A stretch of DNA of 61,143 bases, counting the filler, from Squatina squatina (Eukaryota): the NCBI GenBank assembly GCA_031763465.1. It is 4 parts of 3 records of this genome, joined end to end, with 100 filler letters (N's around TTAATTAATTAA, not from the genome) between each part and the next. Parts side by side here need not be neighbours in the genome. Positions count along the whole stretch, not along the records: positions 46,882 to 61,143 come from JARFOE010000163.1; 3 more parts are not named here. One strand, given 5' to 3'. A program made the position numbers and the translations under genes. Below are positions 59,363 through 61,143 of the stretch, in pieces (the first letter of the stretch is position 1; each line of letters begins with the position of its first letter). The notes beneath the pieces were generated by a model. It was not told where the DNA came from, made no database searches, and was given only the letters and a program-made list of their open reading frames with translations.

Positions 59363-60534
59363 GTGAGCATTCTGTAATGTGATTTGCTGAGCATTTGAGC
59401 AAATAATATATTCCCGGTTATAAGTACACACTCTTTCCATTGAGACACATCCCACTTATCTAAGCGCAGTGAGCTCAAGTTGACAGAGCCAAGGCTTAGG
59501 CATCAAGTGCGCACAGTGGTACTGCTGGAGTTTAACCAACTACAACCATGCAACTTACCAGAGTAGGACACTGGTAAGCTTCCCACTGCTTGTCCAACTA
59601 TGACCCATCCTGACTTTGAACTGCAGTGCAATCTGGAGCTGAGTTGGAAGAATCTCAGCGACCAGTGACAGTTCTACTTGTCAAGATTCCATTTGTAATT
59701 CAGGTTGATTGTTGATCATCACCAGTGCCCAGGACTAGTGCCTGGTTCAGGTCTGTCACCACAGGGATTTACTAGATCTTGAACTTTCATCACCGGATCT
59801 ATCAACCTGGAGCTGGCTTCATTCCAAAGAGAGCTTCGCAAGAAACCACCCTCCCATGGGAGAACGTTGCTAGTTTGTTGTTAGATTTGAGCTCTTAATG
59901 GATGGATACCAGATAGCAGGAGCACGTGAGCTGCACAACTCACCATAAAATCTGGGAGTGTGCTGTCATTATCCCCTAGATACACACCAGACCCCATTGT
60001 AGATCCACTCGTTAGAGTTGGGGGGCCTGCAGCAACTGCCGTGTGCTTCTGTGCAATCCAATCTTGTGAGTCACCAAGCTCAGGATCCATGAGCAAATGT
60101 TCTGGAAACCTGGCTTCAAAGTAGCTGTCCTCTTAAGTCTCAATTTTCTCAGCAGCTGCACAGCGGATATCTGTTTTAGGTGTGGCAAAGGCAAGTATTT
60201 GGGCTGCTTGCGTTGTGCCAGCCACCTTGATTTTCTAGACAATAAAATTCAATGCTATTTCTCAGGTTTATTCATCACCAACTAGTTCATGGTGGGTTTT
60301 GGCAAAGAACTGTACTGTCCTGAGATTGACTGCTCAAGCACACAGTCCTCATTAAACTAAAATGGTGGAAATGCTTCTCAATTATGTGTATTCTTAATGT
60401 TCAACTACCTCGGTTCTGAATTCATAAATAGTAGAATCGGTTAAAGGAGACGGGGACAAATTTTCAAGAGTCACCAGCGGATTGGCTGTCCATTGCAGAA
60501 AGCAGCTGATTTTTTTGCTAGCTCAATAGCCAAG

Positions 60535-60935
60535 AAAATACTTGCATTTATACACTACCTCAGATGTCCCAAAGCACTTTACAGCCAATGAAGTTCAGTC
60601 ACTGTTGTAATGCACTCAGCAAGATCCCAGAAACAGCAATGGGATAATGATCAGATAATCTGCTCTTTCAGTGATGTTGAGGGAAAAACATTGGCTAGGA
60701 CACCAGGGCGAACTCCCCTGCTCTTTTTTGAATGAGTGCCATGGGATCTTTTATGTCCACCTGAAGGTAGCGTGGCCTCAGCTTAACATCTTATCTGAAA
60801 GACAGAACTACTCACAGTATAGCTCTCCCTCAGTACTGCACTGGGAGCGGCAGTCTGAATTGTGTTCAAGTCGCTGGAGGCGGTCCTAACCCACAATCTC
60901 GTGACTCAGAGGCGAAAGAGTCACTGAGCCACGGT
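60535..60935 (-). mobile_element. Deu-domain tRNA-SINE (SacSINE1-like)
   Basis: Reverse-complement homologue of 40583-41020. Confidence 0.75.
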
Positions 60936-61143
60936 TGACACCTGCAGGCTCTTACCAGCATAGTTAAAAAAAAATGTACCAATAACCCTGATTCAATAAA
61001 ACAGTTCTGAGAAAGCCTTTTTGTGCACTTTAATGTAGTTAGTATACAGATCCGCAATGATAGTCAATATATAACTCAGTCTGAAAACAAAAACAGCCCC
61101 AGCAATAAAACAACTCGAGGTCCCATTACTGCGATTTATTTCA

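Noticed and set aside
59520-60290. Possible coding or viral relic in a ZAP70 intron
   Set aside because: Only short ORFs with no recognisable motifs; a tBLASTx search would be needed

Overview
Eukaryotic genomic DNA, most likely a cartilaginous fish (shark-type SINE, CR1, L2, Penelope and Harbinger repeats), from a fragmented assembly with many 100-N gaps. The window is four unrelated scaffolds joined by artificial N44-TTAATTAATTAA-N44 linkers: (1) 1-14874, with one FSHR-like exon and two TAF1A exons; (2) 14975-33087, with the FRAS1 last exon, two ANXA3 exons and two BMP2K exons in the human 4q21 order; (3) 33188-46781, with a GFRA4-like domain-1 exon; (4) 46882-61143, with an ADAMTS10/6 prodomain exon (minus) and three ZAP70 exons (plus). 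No gene is complete. The rest is intronic or intergenic and rich in decayed transposons. The most structured non-genic signal is a PIF/Harbinger system: remnants of the transposase and of an intron-containing Myb/SANT partner, several MITE families (two with clean 3-bp TSDs), repeated subterminal GGCGCTAA motifs, and a recurring CRE-like + TTAAAGGGG module. I found no intact novel multi-gene system. Gene calls rest on my recollection of vertebrate orthologue sequences plus splice-site and phase checks; no searches were run.
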